This document shows positions 7,458 to 17,695 of a stretch of 64,000 bases of DNA, one piece after another. Under the pieces are notes generated by a model, which did not search any database, was not told where the DNA came from, and worked only from the letters and a program-made list of their open reading frames with translations. Source of the DNA: Nitrospirota bacterium (GTDB lineage Bacteria > Nitrospirota > Nitrospiria > SBBL01 > JAADHI01); assembly GCA_029261215.1 (NCBI GenBank), contig JAJDBT010000050.1, forward strand, positions 17,982 through 81,981. Reading direction: 5' to 3'. A program made the position numbers and the translations under genes. The stretch's first letter is position 1. Every line of letters starts with the position of its first letter.

Positions 7458-9839
7458 TTACGATTTTAGCCGAAGGCTTTTCAGTTTTATTGCGTCCCCG
7501 GATTTTGCGAGCAAGGGCGCGACAAAAGCATCGTACAAACCTCCCGTAAAAAAACGAACAAAACGCGACTTCGCATCAAGGCGCTGTTTCAAACCCGTAC
7601 TGTTCAGCACTTTCACTGTGGTCAATTGTTTGATAAAATCCGTAGGTAAAATCCTTAAAATACCCTTACCCACCACCGGATCACTCGCACTTTCCCCCTT
7701 GTGGACCGTGATGTACAGTGTTGTTGTATCTTCCCATACATCGAAACCGGGGTCATCCTTGATTTCCTTAAACCCATCAAAATAATAGGTGTTCCCATCT
7801 TCAGCATGAAGCTTCATCCGATAGCGCATCTGATAGGCATCCGGTTGCGTCGGATCTTTCGTGAAAAGATTAAAGAGACCTTCCGAGGCCGTAAGCGGCG
7901 CCTCCGAAAGTGCCGGGGCCACTACGCTGCCGACAATATTTCCCTGGTGTTGTTCATCATTAATGGTCTGATCCAGGTCATCACAAATAATGGTGAGGGT
8001 AAATTCGAAGGGTGAACCCGAAGATTTCCCTGAAGCGGCGGCCTGCTTGAAATCAGCCTTCTCTTCTGTCGAAAAATATCCGCGCATGGTTTCTGTAAAT
8101 TGAATACCCAGGGTCTTTTGAACCGAGGCGACATTGGATTTTGAGGGCAAATCATAATTAATCTCCCAGCCCTGACCCTTCGCCAGAAGCGCACAGGTCC
8201 GTTCGGCCACCGCCGAAATCGTCAAGAGCGGATTAATCCCAACCGAGCGTGGCAGCACTGCGCCATCACAGACATACAAACCGTCATAAACAGCAGTACC
8301 CTGGGCCGAAGAGAAGACCTGTCCTTTGTGGTTGACCGCGCCGGATTCCGCATTTTCACCCATGCAACAACCCCCCAAAGGATGTACCGTTGTGAGGCTG
8401 TTTTTTGTAAGTTTGCTCCACAACGGATTTTTAACATAGGTCCCGCCGCCCGCTTCAGTAGCTTCTTTCAAACGCTGGTTCGCCACTTCAAAAATGGGTT
8501 GTTTTCCGACGCCTGGCCAATCAATTCGAAGCCGGTCGTCCTTTAAATGCATGCGTCCATTGGAGTCATCATGCGCCATAATCAGGTAGGTTTGTGTATT
8601 GTGAACTGCGCCGTGGTAAGCTCCACGTAACAGACTCTCCAATTCCCGGACATTTTCCTGAACAGAATCCACAAAACCCTCGTCTGTATCTTTTCCAACC
8701 AGCTTGGACGCCGTTGAAAAGGCCAGAGGCAAGACCCCCGACAAGGCGCCGGGAAGCGACCCTTCTTCTATCACCAGACCATCGTCGAGATTGTCCTGAT
8801 GCCGCATGTCAATAATGCCGGTAATGCAGGGGCCGACCGGGCTCATCTTTTCAGGGTCTTTATCTCCAAAACCGATGGCGTTGATTTCTGAATCATTGTT
8901 GTAACCAAAACCCAGGACATCGGCATTTCCGCTGAAATGCGCACCCACCTGATCAGAAAGCGCAAGGCCTGCGGCCTTCGAGCGCAACAGAATTTCGGTG
9001 GATCCCAGGGAACCTGCGCCGAGCATCACCGTATCCGCCGAAACAAAAAGCGTCGGCGCGTCAAACTTTTCACGGCCTGAATTTAAAATTTGATAATGCA
9101 CCAGCCATCGTCCGTTTTGGCGCTCCAAACGGCGAACGGCCACTTGGGTAAAAATCTCGGCACCGTGATTTTTGGCATCCGGCAAATAATTCATGAGCGT
9201 CGTGTTTTTCGCACTAACATTGCAGCCAGAGACACAATCGCCGCAATAATTACACGCCTCCTGATGCACCCCGACGTGATTCGTCTTTGTTTCAAAGTTG
9301 ACGTTGATTGGAAGCCGGTAAGTCTTTTGATTCATGCAGGCTGCGGATTTTTCAATCGCGGCAAGCTTTGGCAAACGCGGTGCCGTCATCGGATAAGGGT
9401 TCGGTTTCAACATCGCCTCTGCGTGTTGGTAGCCTTCCTCCACCAAAGTGCTTAAATCGTCTCGAAAAGCCTTTGGCCAGCGCGGGTCGTCAAATACGCG
9501 GTCTTCTGCCCGAACAGCGACATTCGCGTTAATCAGAGATGTCCCGCCGAGGCCAGAACCAATCACCACATTAATATCGTCATTCACTCTAAGATCAAAC
9601 AAATCGGTCTCGGAACCCAAATGCCCTTTTGGCGTATCGATCTGAAATTCATGCAAGGCCTCAGATTGTGTATCCGGATATTCTCCGGGCAGAAGTTCTT
9701 TGCCGCGCTCCAGGACACAAACCTGCTGTCCCGCGCGGGCCATACGCGAAGCGGCAATCCCGCCACCATAGCCGGAACCAATGACAACAACAGCGTAGTG
9801 ATCTTTCATGTCCTTCGTTTCTGACGCAAGACGATTCAT
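7458..9839 (-). CDS. GMC oxidoreductase, cholesterol-oxidase (ChoD)-like, with a C-terminal extension
   Basis: VVIGSGYGG FAD motif, GSGLGGTSLINANV, CNYCGDCVSGC, TVHPLGGC, GINPLLTISAVAER. Confidence 0.9.
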   Translation of the reverse strand: MNRLASETKDMKDHYAVVVIGSGYGGGIAASRMARAGQQVCVLERGKELLPGEYPDTQSEALHEFQIDTPKGHLGSETDLFDLRVNDDINVVIGSGLGGTSLINANVAVRAEDRVFDDPRWPKAFRDDLSTLVEEGYQHAEAMLKPNPYPMTAPRLPKLAAIEKSAACMNQKTYRLPINVNFETKTNHVGVHQEACNYCGDCVSGCNVSAKNTTLMNYLPDAKNHGAEIFTQVAVRRLERQNGRWLVHYQILNSGREKFDAPTLFVSADTVMLGAGSLGSTEILLRSKAAGLALSDQVGAHFSGNADVLGFGYNNDSEINAIGFGDKDPEKMSPVGPCITGIIDMRHQDNLDDGLVIEEGSLPGALSGVLPLAFSTASKLVGKDTDEGFVDSVQENVRELESLLRGAYHGAVHNTQTYLIMAHDDSNGRMHLKDDRLRIDWPGVGKQPIFEVANQRLKEATEAGGGTYVKNPLWSKLTKNSLTTVHPLGGCCMGENAESGAVNHKGQVFSSAQGTAVYDGLYVCDGAVLPRSVGINPLLTISAVAERTCALLAKGQGWEINYDLPSKSNVASVQKTLGIQFTETMRGYFSTEEKADFKQAAASGKSSGSPFEFTLTIICDDLDQTINDEQHQGNIVGSVVAPALSEAPLTASEGLFNLFTKDPTQPDAYQMRYRMKLHAEDGNTYYFDGFKEIKDDPGFDVWEDTTTLYITVHKGESASDPVVGKGILRILPTDFIKQLTTVKVLNSTGLKQRLDAKSRFVRFFTGGLYDAFVAPLLAKSGDAIKLKSLRLKS

Positions 9840-10143
9840 GATTCATTCCTCCGTAACGTAGAAGTCTTTAAAATAACAATTGATTTTTCTTTCAAAATTG
9901 AGGCCCCTGTTTGCTGGTTTAAGCCGTCCGCCACAGTATAATCAAGCGCAGATCATTAAGGGGAAAATACCGGAGGAAGTGTAGCAGAATGAATTGATTT
10001 TCTCTATACCGAAATAAACGATTATTGTCACCGATTTAGAATTTCAATCTTTTTTACAATAAAGATCAATTTCTGCAACATTGAGCGCCTGACTTATTGT
10101 AAAATGCCTCCTTTATCCACCCAGCAGGATGGCAAAATAAATT

Positions 10144-12858
10144 ATGCACGCAACAACCCCCCTCATGAAACAATTCCTGGCGATTAAGGAAGACCATCCG
10201 GATACCGTTCTTTTTTTTCGGGTCGGGGATTTTTATGAGATGTTTTATGACGACGCCATCAAGGCTTCAAAAATTTTACAAATCACGCTCACCTCTCGCG
10301 ACAAGAACAATAAAAACCCCATCCCGCTTTGCGGGGTACCCTACCACGCGGCCCCGGGCTACATCGCCCGTTTAATCCGTGCGGGAGAGTCTGTCGCGGT
10401 CTGTGAACAGGTCGAGGAAGCCAGTGCGGGCAAAGGCATTGTTCGGCGGGAAGTCGTTCGCGTCATTACGCCCGGTACGGTCATCGAGCCCGAACTGCTC
10501 TTCGAAAAGGAGAATAATTATTTGGCCGCACTCAGCTGGAAAACAGGCCCTGGTCTGGAAACAGCAAAGCAGGTGGGCCTAGCCTGTATCGATCTTTCCA
10601 CCGGCGATTTTCAGATGCTGGCTGCGGATGCCCCCTGGTCGCAGGTGGAGGCCGAACTTATCAAAATCGCGCCCAAAGAAATTGTGCTTTCATCGCGAGA
10701 GCAAAATAATGATGCCCGTATTCAGCCACTGTCGAAGCAGTGGCCTCTGCGTTTCGCCGCGCCTGCTCTTTTTGAAACAGAAGCCGCTCACGCCGCACTT
10801 ACCGCACATTTCAAGGTGCAATCTACAGCGGCCTTTGGAGGCGGATTTTTTTCACTGACTGCGGCAGGAGCCTTGATCAGCCATCTTCAAAACACACAAA
10901 AACAGTCCCTCGTGAATATCGCCACGCTGCGGCCCATTCCGGCCAGCGGCGTGATGCGGATACATCCGCTCGCGCTAAAACACCTCGACCTCATCCCACT
11001 TTATCGTGATCAGAAAGGGGGTACCCTTTTTGATCTGCTCGACCACACGGTCACGCCAATGGGTGGACGGCTTTTAAAAGCGTCTATTCTCCGGCCCCTG
11101 CTCGACATTCAAGCCATTCAAACACGCCAAGACGGCGTGACGTTTTTCTATGAACATCTCGCGCTCAGAACAGGGCTCCGAAGCCAACTCAAACAGATTG
11201 CCGACCTTGAACGGCTCATCGGCCGCATCAGCCTTAAAGCCGCACAGCCACGTGATTTAATCGCGCTGAAAAATTCCATCTCCCTGCTTCCCGAAATTCA
11301 GAACACACTTTCTCACCGTGAGGAAATCACCGAGGAAAGCCTGCATCCAAAAATCATGACCGAGGTACTCAGTGCTTGGGACAACATGAGTTCGGTGTAT
11401 CAGCTCATTGATGAATCCATCATGCCGGAGCCGCCCTTCACACTCAAAGAAGGCGGCGTGATTCAAACGGGCTACCTGCCGGAACTCGACGAACTGCGCC
11501 GCTTTCAAAAAGAAGGCCGGTCGATGCTGACAAAAATCGAACAAGACGAACGCAGCCGCACCGGGATTGATTCACTGAAGGTGCGTTACAATCAGATCCA
11601 CGGGTACTATATCGAGATCAGTAAAAACCATATTCAAAAGGTGCCCGAAGATTATATCCGAAAACAAACGCTCGCAAACGCCGAGCGTTACATGACCCTG
11701 GAGCTAAAAACCCTGGAAGAAAAACTCACCGGGGCAAAAGATGCAATCCTGGCACTTGAAATGCGGGCATTCGAGGAAATTCGTTATGACCTCTCTCAGG
11801 AAACAGCCCGTATTCAGCGCATGGCTAAAACCATTGCGCTCATCGATCTTCTTTCCGCTCTGGCAGAAATTGCACATCACAACCACTACTGCCGACCCAT
11901 CGTAAACGATGATGCGCTGATTCGCATCATCGAAGGACGACACCCCGTTCTGGAGGCCGGAATGTCTGGCGGGAAAGAAGGGTTTGTGCCCAATGACACA
12001 CACATCCATCCCCCCGACGAACAACTTTTGATTTTAACCGGGCCCAACATGGCCGGAAAATCAACCTATATGCGTCAGATCGCCCTCATCGTGCTGATGG
12101 CGCAAATGGGAAGCTATGTTCCCGCACGCAAAGCCACCATTGGCGTGGCCGACCAGATATTCACCCGTGTCGGTGCGCAGGATGCATTAAATGAAGGCAT
12201 GAGCACCTTCATGGTGGAAATGACGGAAATGTCCCAAATTTTAAGACACGCGACTGAAAAAAGTCTGATTTTGCTGGATGAAATCGGGCGAGGAACCAGC
12301 ACCTTTGATGGCATGAGCATCGCCTGGGCCATTGCGGAATATGTACATACCACACTGAAAGCCCGCACCCTCTTTGCGACGCATTATCATGAATTGACCG
12401 GGCTTTCGATGATTTATCCCGGCATCCGAAACTATCATATTCTCGTTCGGGAGTGGGGAGAAGAAATCGTTTTTTTAAGAAAAATGGTGGAAGGCGGGTC
12501 TGATAAAAGTTACGGCATACAAGTCGGCCGCCTTGCGGGACTACCGGTGGAAATCATCAAAAGGGCCAAAGCCGTTTTAAAAACACTCGATCAAAAAACA
12601 CTCGGCACGCCGCTTTATACTCATTTTTCACCAGACTCCTCATCCTATGCCGCTGAGCAACCGGGACTCTTTTCGGAACCAACACTCCCAGCGGAACGAC
12701 AGGAGCCCGAAATCCAGTTTCTGGAACACCCTGTACTGGATGTCTTGAAAAAGATTGATCCGATGCATTTAAGCCCCATGCAGGCACTTCAGGCTCTTGC
12801 CGACCTCAAAACAATATTAGAAAAAGAGGCCCTAAAACAGGATCAGGACAAGCTCTGA
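10144..12858 (+). CDS. mutS: DNA mismatch repair protein MutS
   Basis: TPLMKQF, FFRVGDFYEMF, GPNMAGKSTYMRQ, STFMVEM, LDEIGRGTST, ATHYHEL, SYGIQV. Confidence 0.98.
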   Translation: MHATTPLMKQFLAIKEDHPDTVLFFRVGDFYEMFYDDAIKASKILQITLTSRDKNNKNPIPLCGVPYHAAPGYIARLIRAGESVAVCEQVEEASAGKGIVRREVVRVITPGTVIEPELLFEKENNYLAALSWKTGPGLETAKQVGLACIDLSTGDFQMLAADAPWSQVEAELIKIAPKEIVLSSREQNNDARIQPLSKQWPLRFAAPALFETEAAHAALTAHFKVQSTAAFGGGFFSLTAAGALISHLQNTQKQSLVNIATLRPIPASGVMRIHPLALKHLDLIPLYRDQKGGTLFDLLDHTVTPMGGRLLKASILRPLLDIQAIQTRQDGVTFFYEHLALRTGLRSQLKQIADLERLIGRISLKAAQPRDLIALKNSISLLPEIQNTLSHREEITEESLHPKIMTEVLSAWDNMSSVYQLIDESIMPEPPFTLKEGGVIQTGYLPELDELRRFQKEGRSMLTKIEQDERSRTGIDSLKVRYNQIHGYYIEISKNHIQKVPEDYIRKQTLANAERYMTLELKTLEEKLTGAKDAILALEMRAFEEIRYDLSQETARIQRMAKTIALIDLLSALAEIAHHNHYCRPIVNDDALIRIIEGRHPVLEAGMSGGKEGFVPNDTHIHPPDEQLLILTGPNMAGKSTYMRQIALIVLMAQMGSYVPARKATIGVADQIFTRVGAQDALNEGMSTFMVEMTEMSQILRHATEKSLILLDEIGRGTSTFDGMSIAWAIAEYVHTTLKARTLFATHYHELTGLSMIYPGIRNYHILVREWGEEIVFLRKMVEGGSDKSYGIQVGRLAGLPVEIIKRAKAVLKTLDQKTLGTPLYTHFSPDSSSYAAEQPGLFSEPTLPAERQEPEIQFLEHPVLDVLKKIDPMHLSPMQALQALADLKTILEKEALKQDQDKL

Positions 12859-12888
12859 TTGACATTTTTTCCTAAAATCGATTAACCT
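12859..12888 (+). promoter_or_regulatory. Putative sigma70 promoter TTGACA-N18-TAACCT
   Basis: Perfect -35 directly after the mutS stop, TAnnnT -10, upstream of the 12922 gene. Confidence 0.45.
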
Positions 12889-12921
12889 GCACTTCATAGT
12901 ATCAGGAAAGGGTTTGGAGAA

Positions 12922-14460
12922 ATGCGGCAGATGGATCAAAAACAGATTGCGGCAATCTATCATCAGGAAACGAAGTACTACGAAACAAAGATGGCAGAGC
13001 AGCAAAAACCTTTAAAATGGGACGCACAGCCTGCACCATTTAAGTCCTATCACACAGAAAAAAAGATCGATCTAGCGCCTTATCTTCCTCTGAGAACCAA
13101 TCCCTTTACTGGAAAACCCATCGAACCTGTTCCGGAAGAAAACGGCTACCCTTTCACGCTCGGCTCACTTTCCCGCTTGCTTTATTTCACCAACGGCGTC
13201 ACGGGCATCTTACAATACCCCAACGGCGAAAGCCTCGCGATGCGGGCCGCGCCCACAGCCGGTGGACTTTATCCGGTAGAACTCTATGTGGCCGTACGCA
13301 ATAATTCAGTCCTTGAAGACGGCATTTACAACTTTCAGGCAAACGACCATTCGCTCGTCCTCGTATGGGAAGGGGATTTTTGGACCGAATTGGGAAAATA
13401 CTGTTTTGATCATGAGGCCATTGAGCCTGCAAACCTGCTTCTTATTTCTACTGCTGTGTTTCAGCGAAGTGCCTGGCGCTACCACGAAAGGGCCTATCGC
13501 CGTATTCTGCTCGATGCGGGGCATGTGCTCGGAAACCTCGTCGCCTATGCTCCCGAAGAAGGTTTTTTTTCTTATCCCATCGGTGAGTTTGTGGATCATT
13601 TGCTAAACCGCCTGCTTTTTCTTGAAGAAGACCTCGAGGCGATCTTATCCGTTGTCGCACTGCCGCAAAATCCGGTTCATATCGATCCCTCACAAAAAAA
13701 GATACCGCAACACCAATCGGCCAAAACAGAAGAAAATAGTGCAATGGATCCCCTGCTGCTACAACTTCATAAAGGGTCTTCAATCCAGGATTTAAACACC
13801 GAAGCGCCAGAACAGAACCCAACACCCGATTCGGAAGAAACTTTAGAGCAAAAATACCACCTAAAAGAAACCACCCTGCTCACGGGTGAACCCATTGATT
13901 GGGCGGGTGGCGTTGGTCAAACCATCCTACTTCGCAGATCAACGCGGGCCTTCACGGGAGAGTCCTTTTCAAGAGAAGAGCTGGCCGCCTTACTGGAATA
14001 CAGTTATGTCGCTACTTCGCGCTCGCCACTTTTTGCACCCTCATACCTTGAAACCTACATTCTTGTCCAACATATCGATGGTTTGGAAAAAGGCGTCTAT
14101 TATTATGCCCCCTTGAACAGGGAATTGCGGCTTATCTACGCGGGTGACTTCGAGACCCAAAGCTGGCATTTTTGTCTTGGGCAGGAACTTGCCAGAGATG
14201 CCGCAGCGCTTGTCATTCATACTGCGCACCTTGAAAATGCCATGACACAATATGGAAACCGCGCCTATCGTTATCTGCACATAGACGCAGGACACATCGG
14301 CGAACGCATCAACCTTGCTGCGATCAAGCTGGGATTGGGTGTCAGCGGCATCGGTGGATTTTACGACGATGAAGTCAATGCCCTTCTCGGTCTTCCCCTT
14401 GAGCAAATCATTGTCTACATCACAACATTGGGGCAGCCGCATGGATTGCGCCGCTCATAA
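12922..14460 (+). CDS. SagB/ThcOx-family dehydrogenase (tandem nitroreductase domains)
   Basis: RAAPTAGGLYPVELY, RAYRRILLDAGH; second domain RRSTRAF...RAYRYLHIDAGHIGE, GIGGFYDD. Confidence 0.9.
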   Translation: MRQMDQKQIAAIYHQETKYYETKMAEQQKPLKWDAQPAPFKSYHTEKKIDLAPYLPLRTNPFTGKPIEPVPEENGYPFTLGSLSRLLYFTNGVTGILQYPNGESLAMRAAPTAGGLYPVELYVAVRNNSVLEDGIYNFQANDHSLVLVWEGDFWTELGKYCFDHEAIEPANLLLISTAVFQRSAWRYHERAYRRILLDAGHVLGNLVAYAPEEGFFSYPIGEFVDHLLNRLLFLEEDLEAILSVVALPQNPVHIDPSQKKIPQHQSAKTEENSAMDPLLLQLHKGSSIQDLNTEAPEQNPTPDSEETLEQKYHLKETTLLTGEPIDWAGGVGQTILLRRSTRAFTGESFSREELAALLEYSYVATSRSPLFAPSYLETYILVQHIDGLEKGVYYYAPLNRELRLIYAGDFETQSWHFCLGQELARDAAALVIHTAHLENAMTQYGNRAYRYLHIDAGHIGERINLAAIKLGLGVSGIGGFYDDEVNALLGLPLEQIIVYITTLGQPHGLRRS

Positions 14461-14508
14461 TGACTCATTGCACGAGTCGATACACATCAATAAGGAGAAC
14501 CTCATTAC

Positions 14509-14790
14509 ATGGCTGATGTCACCTGTATCCGCTGCGGGCAAACGCGGGAAGAAATCGAAGGCACACCCTATGGCGGGAAAATAGGACAAACATTAAAAGA
14601 AAAAGTCTGTAACGTGTGCTGGAAAGAATGGTATGAGCAATCGATCAAGATTATCAACGAATACCGGGTCACCCTTCGAGATCAAAAAGGGCGTGATTTT
14701 TTGGCCACCCAGATGAAAATCTTTTTCAAACTGGAAGCGCCGAGCGGCGAGACCGCTGTCCAGATTGAAGACACACCACCGGCAAAATAG
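14509..14790 (+). CDS. yggX: YggX-family Fe(II)-trafficking / Fe-S protection protein, 4-Cys variant
   Basis: PYGGKIGQTL...WKEWYEQSIKIINEYRV...RDFLATQMKIFF follows the YggX pattern; AAGGAG RBS. Confidence 0.78.
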   Translation: MADVTCIRCGQTREEIEGTPYGGKIGQTLKEKVCNVCWKEWYEQSIKIINEYRVTLRDQKGRDFLATQMKIFFKLEAPSGETAVQIEDTPPAK

Positions 14791-14796
14791 CATTCA

Positions 14797-15450
14797 GTGA
14801 AATCAAAGCTCCCCCGGGGCCATCAAAAAAAACAGCAATACGCCGAAGAGATTCTCAAACGTCTTGAAAAAGCCATTCCAGTGGCAGACACCGCCCTGGA
14901 TTATCAAACGCCTTTTCAACTATTAATCGCCACCATTCTTTCGGCGCAGTGTACCGATGTCCGTGTCAATCAAGTCACCCCAAAGCTCTTTAAAGCCTTT
15001 CCGGGACCAAAAGACATCGTCAATGGCGATCCAGAACACCTCATTTCACTCATTCGCTCGACGGGATTTTTCAACAACAAAGCCAAGAATATCATCGCCG
15101 CCTCCAAACAACTGATTGAAACACATAGTGGAGAAGTGCCGGAGCATTTAGAGGCTTTGGTCGCGCTGCCCGGTGTCGGACGAAAAACGGCCAATGTGGT
15201 CCTTGGCACAGCCTTCGGACACCAAACCATCGTCGTCGATACTCACGTACGGCGGGTTTCAAATCGCCTCGGTTTGTCGAAATCCTCCGATCCCGTGCAC
15301 ATCGAAACAGATTTAAGCCGCTTGTTTCCCAAAGAAAAATGGACGACCGGCGCCCACCGCCTGCTCCTGCACGGCCGCACCGTTTGCAAAGCCCGAAAAC
15401 CCCTGTGTGATCAATGCGTGCTGGCGGATGTATGTCCGTCTGCGGCCTAA
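14797..15450 (+). CDS. nth: Endonuclease III
   Basis: ATILSAQCTDVRVN, HhH LPGVGRKTANVVL, VDTHVRRV, [4Fe-4S] motif CKARKPLCDQCVLADVC. Confidence 0.97.
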   Translation: MKSKLPRGHQKKQQYAEEILKRLEKAIPVADTALDYQTPFQLLIATILSAQCTDVRVNQVTPKLFKAFPGPKDIVNGDPEHLISLIRSTGFFNNKAKNIIAASKQLIETHSGEVPEHLEALVALPGVGRKTANVVLGTAFGHQTIVVDTHVRRVSNRLGLSKSSDPVHIETDLSRLFPKEKWTTGAHRLLLHGRTVCKARKPLCDQCVLADVCPSAA

Positions 15451-15517
15451 AAATACCTTCAAATTAAGAGAGAGCGTTCCTCGGCATTTCACAGGAACTT
15501 CATAGAGAACGACCTTG

Positions 15518-17695
15518 TCATCCCGCAGACTTTTTATATTGTCTTCTCTTCACAGGAGGACGAACCCGTCCTTCTGTGAGTTTGAAATCGATCTGCCAGT
15601 TTTCGGTATCCACTGCGGCGACAAGCACTTCAATCGCCTGTCCGAGGCGGTAGGCGCGGCGGTGTGTTCGGCCGATGAGGGCGTGGCGTTTTTCGTCAAA
15701 AATATAATAATCATCGTGCAGGCTGCTCATGCGGACCAAGCCCTCGACAAAGTACTCATCCAGCTGAACAAAAAACCCATAGGCCGTCACGCCGGTCACG
15801 ATGCCGGTGTACTTTTCACCGACTTTGTCCGTCATGAATTTGACCTGTCTTCGTTTGATCACTTCCCGCTCGGCATCCACCGCCAGTCGTTCCTGTTTTG
15901 AACAATGCAGGGCGATTTCAGGCAGTTTGTGTGCCCATCGGGCTTTTTCCTTTTCCCCCATTTTTTTGTTCATCACCTTTTTTAAAAGCCGGTGAACGAT
16001 TAAATCAGGGTAACGCCGGATGGGCGAGGTAAAATGTGTATACGCTTCTGAAGCCAATCCAAAATGGCCATGGGTTTCAAAGGCATACCGCGCCTGCTGC
16101 ATAGACCGGAGGACCATTTTGTGCATCAAGTGTTCTTCCGGACGACCCTGAACGGTCTTTAAAATTTCAGAGAAGACCTTGGGGTTAACCTTTTCCCCCA
16201 GTCGGGCTTTCAGGCCAAACTGCCGGAGCAAGTCATTCAAAGATTCGATGCGTTCTTTTGGCGGCTGATCGTGAATCCGATAAATAAAGGGGATTTCGCG
16301 CCGCGCCATTTCTGTCGCGATGGTTTCATTGGCGGCCAGCATGAATTCTTCAATGATTTTATGCGCGATATTGCGCTGCTCCCGAAGAATGTTGACGGTT
16401 TCCCCGCCTGCGTCCAAAATAATTTCAGCTTCGGGCAGGTCAAAGTCAATACTGCCTTTTTCCAGGCGGTGTGTCCGGAGCTTGACGGCCAACTCGTGCA
16501 TGACCTCAAATTGGGGCAGGAGCGCGGCATATTCCTCACGAACCGCCGGGTTTTTCACCTCCACGATTTGATGTACGGCGGTATAGGTCATGCGCGCATC
16601 ACTGCAAATCACACTTTCAAACATGCGGTGTGAAAGCGGATGGCCATCCGCAGAAAAATCCATCTCGGCGGTGAGGGTCAGTCGGTCTTCTTTCGGTTTG
16701 AGGCTGCAAATGCCATTCGATAACTTTTCGGGAAACATCGGCACAACCTGATCCGGGAAATAAATGGATGTGCCACGGCGAAAGGCCTCCAGATCCAACG
16801 CGCTGCCTTCCGCCACATAATGGGCCACGTCGGCAATGTGCACCCAAAGGCGATAAACCCCGTCTTTCTGCACTTCGATAGAGATAGCATCGTCAAAGTC
16901 ACGCGCCCGCTCTCCGTCTATCGTCACCGTCGGAAGCGCCCTGAAATCCACACGCCCCTTACACATTTTTTCCGTCACGGATTCGACAATTTCATCGGCT
17001 TCCGCGACAACCGCTTCCGGAAAATGGGGAGAGATGCCATAGGCCGCGATCACCGTATCCGTATCGATTTCAGAATCTTCGAGACGGCCCAATATCTTGA
17101 TGATGCGGCCTTCAGGCACACGGCCTTTTGTAGGATAGGCTAAAATTTCGGCCATAACCACATCCCCGTCTTCCGCCTTGCCGACCTGATCGAGCGGGAT
17201 ACAAATATCGTGAATCATTCGGCGGTCTGAAGGAATCACGTAGGCCAATTCCCGACCCGATTCAAAACGTCCCACAATCTGTTTGTGCGCACGCTCCAGA
17301 ATACGGATAATGCTGCCCTCGCGTCGGCCTTCGCCCTTGTGCTTCTCGACACGTGCGACGACCCGGTCGCCGTGCATAGCTTCGTGATATTTTCGATCGC
17401 CGATGTAAACATCACTGACACGGCTGGCTCCCTCTGTGCCTTCATCCGGAATCACAAAACCATAGCCGTCGCGATGACCTCGATATTGCCCAGTAACAAG
17501 ATCCATTTTTTGAGGGAGTCCATAGCGCCTCCCGCGAAGTCGGATAATCTCGCCTTCCCGCACCATTCTACGGAGCAGTTTTTTAACCTCGTCCCGATCA
17601 TCCCGGCCCAGTTTTAAGGAGAGCATCAGCTCTTTAACCAAGAGAGGCCGATCCGCTTTGGAAATTAGCTGAAGTATCTTTTCTTGTTTTGTCAT
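15518..17695 (-). CDS. rnr: Ribonuclease R
   Basis: GHRDGYGFV cold-shock domain, TIDGERARDFDDA, IEEFMLAAN, YTHFTSPIRRYPDL, C-terminal S1. Start moved to MTKQEK (17695) to avoid overlap with the divergent gene. Confidence 0.96.
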   Translation of the reverse strand: MTKQEKILQLISKADRPLLVKELMLSLKLGRDDRDEVKKLLRRMVREGEIIRLRGRRYGLPQKMDLVTGQYRGHRDGYGFVIPDEGTEGASRVSDVYIGDRKYHEAMHGDRVVARVEKHKGEGRREGSIIRILERAHKQIVGRFESGRELAYVIPSDRRMIHDICIPLDQVGKAEDGDVVMAEILAYPTKGRVPEGRIIKILGRLEDSEIDTDTVIAAYGISPHFPEAVVAEADEIVESVTEKMCKGRVDFRALPTVTIDGERARDFDDAISIEVQKDGVYRLWVHIADVAHYVAEGSALDLEAFRRGTSIYFPDQVVPMFPEKLSNGICSLKPKEDRLTLTAEMDFSADGHPLSHRMFESVICSDARMTYTAVHQIVEVKNPAVREEYAALLPQFEVMHELAVKLRTHRLEKGSIDFDLPEAEIILDAGGETVNILREQRNIAHKIIEEFMLAANETIATEMARREIPFIYRIHDQPPKERIESLNDLLRQFGLKARLGEKVNPKVFSEILKTVQGRPEEHLMHKMVLRSMQQARYAFETHGHFGLASEAYTHFTSPIRRYPDLIVHRLLKKVMNKKMGEKEKARWAHKLPEIALHCSKQERLAVDAEREVIKRRQVKFMTDKVGEKYTGIVTGVTAYGFFVQLDEYFVEGLVRMSSLHDDYYIFDEKRHALIGRTHRRAYRLGQAIEVLVAAVDTENWQIDFKLTEGRVRPPVKRRQYKKSAG

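Noticed and set aside
14509-14790. Small Cys-containing ORF as a RiPP precursor for the SagB-type enzyme
   Set aside because: It matches YggX over its full length, and there is no YcaO, protease or exporter.
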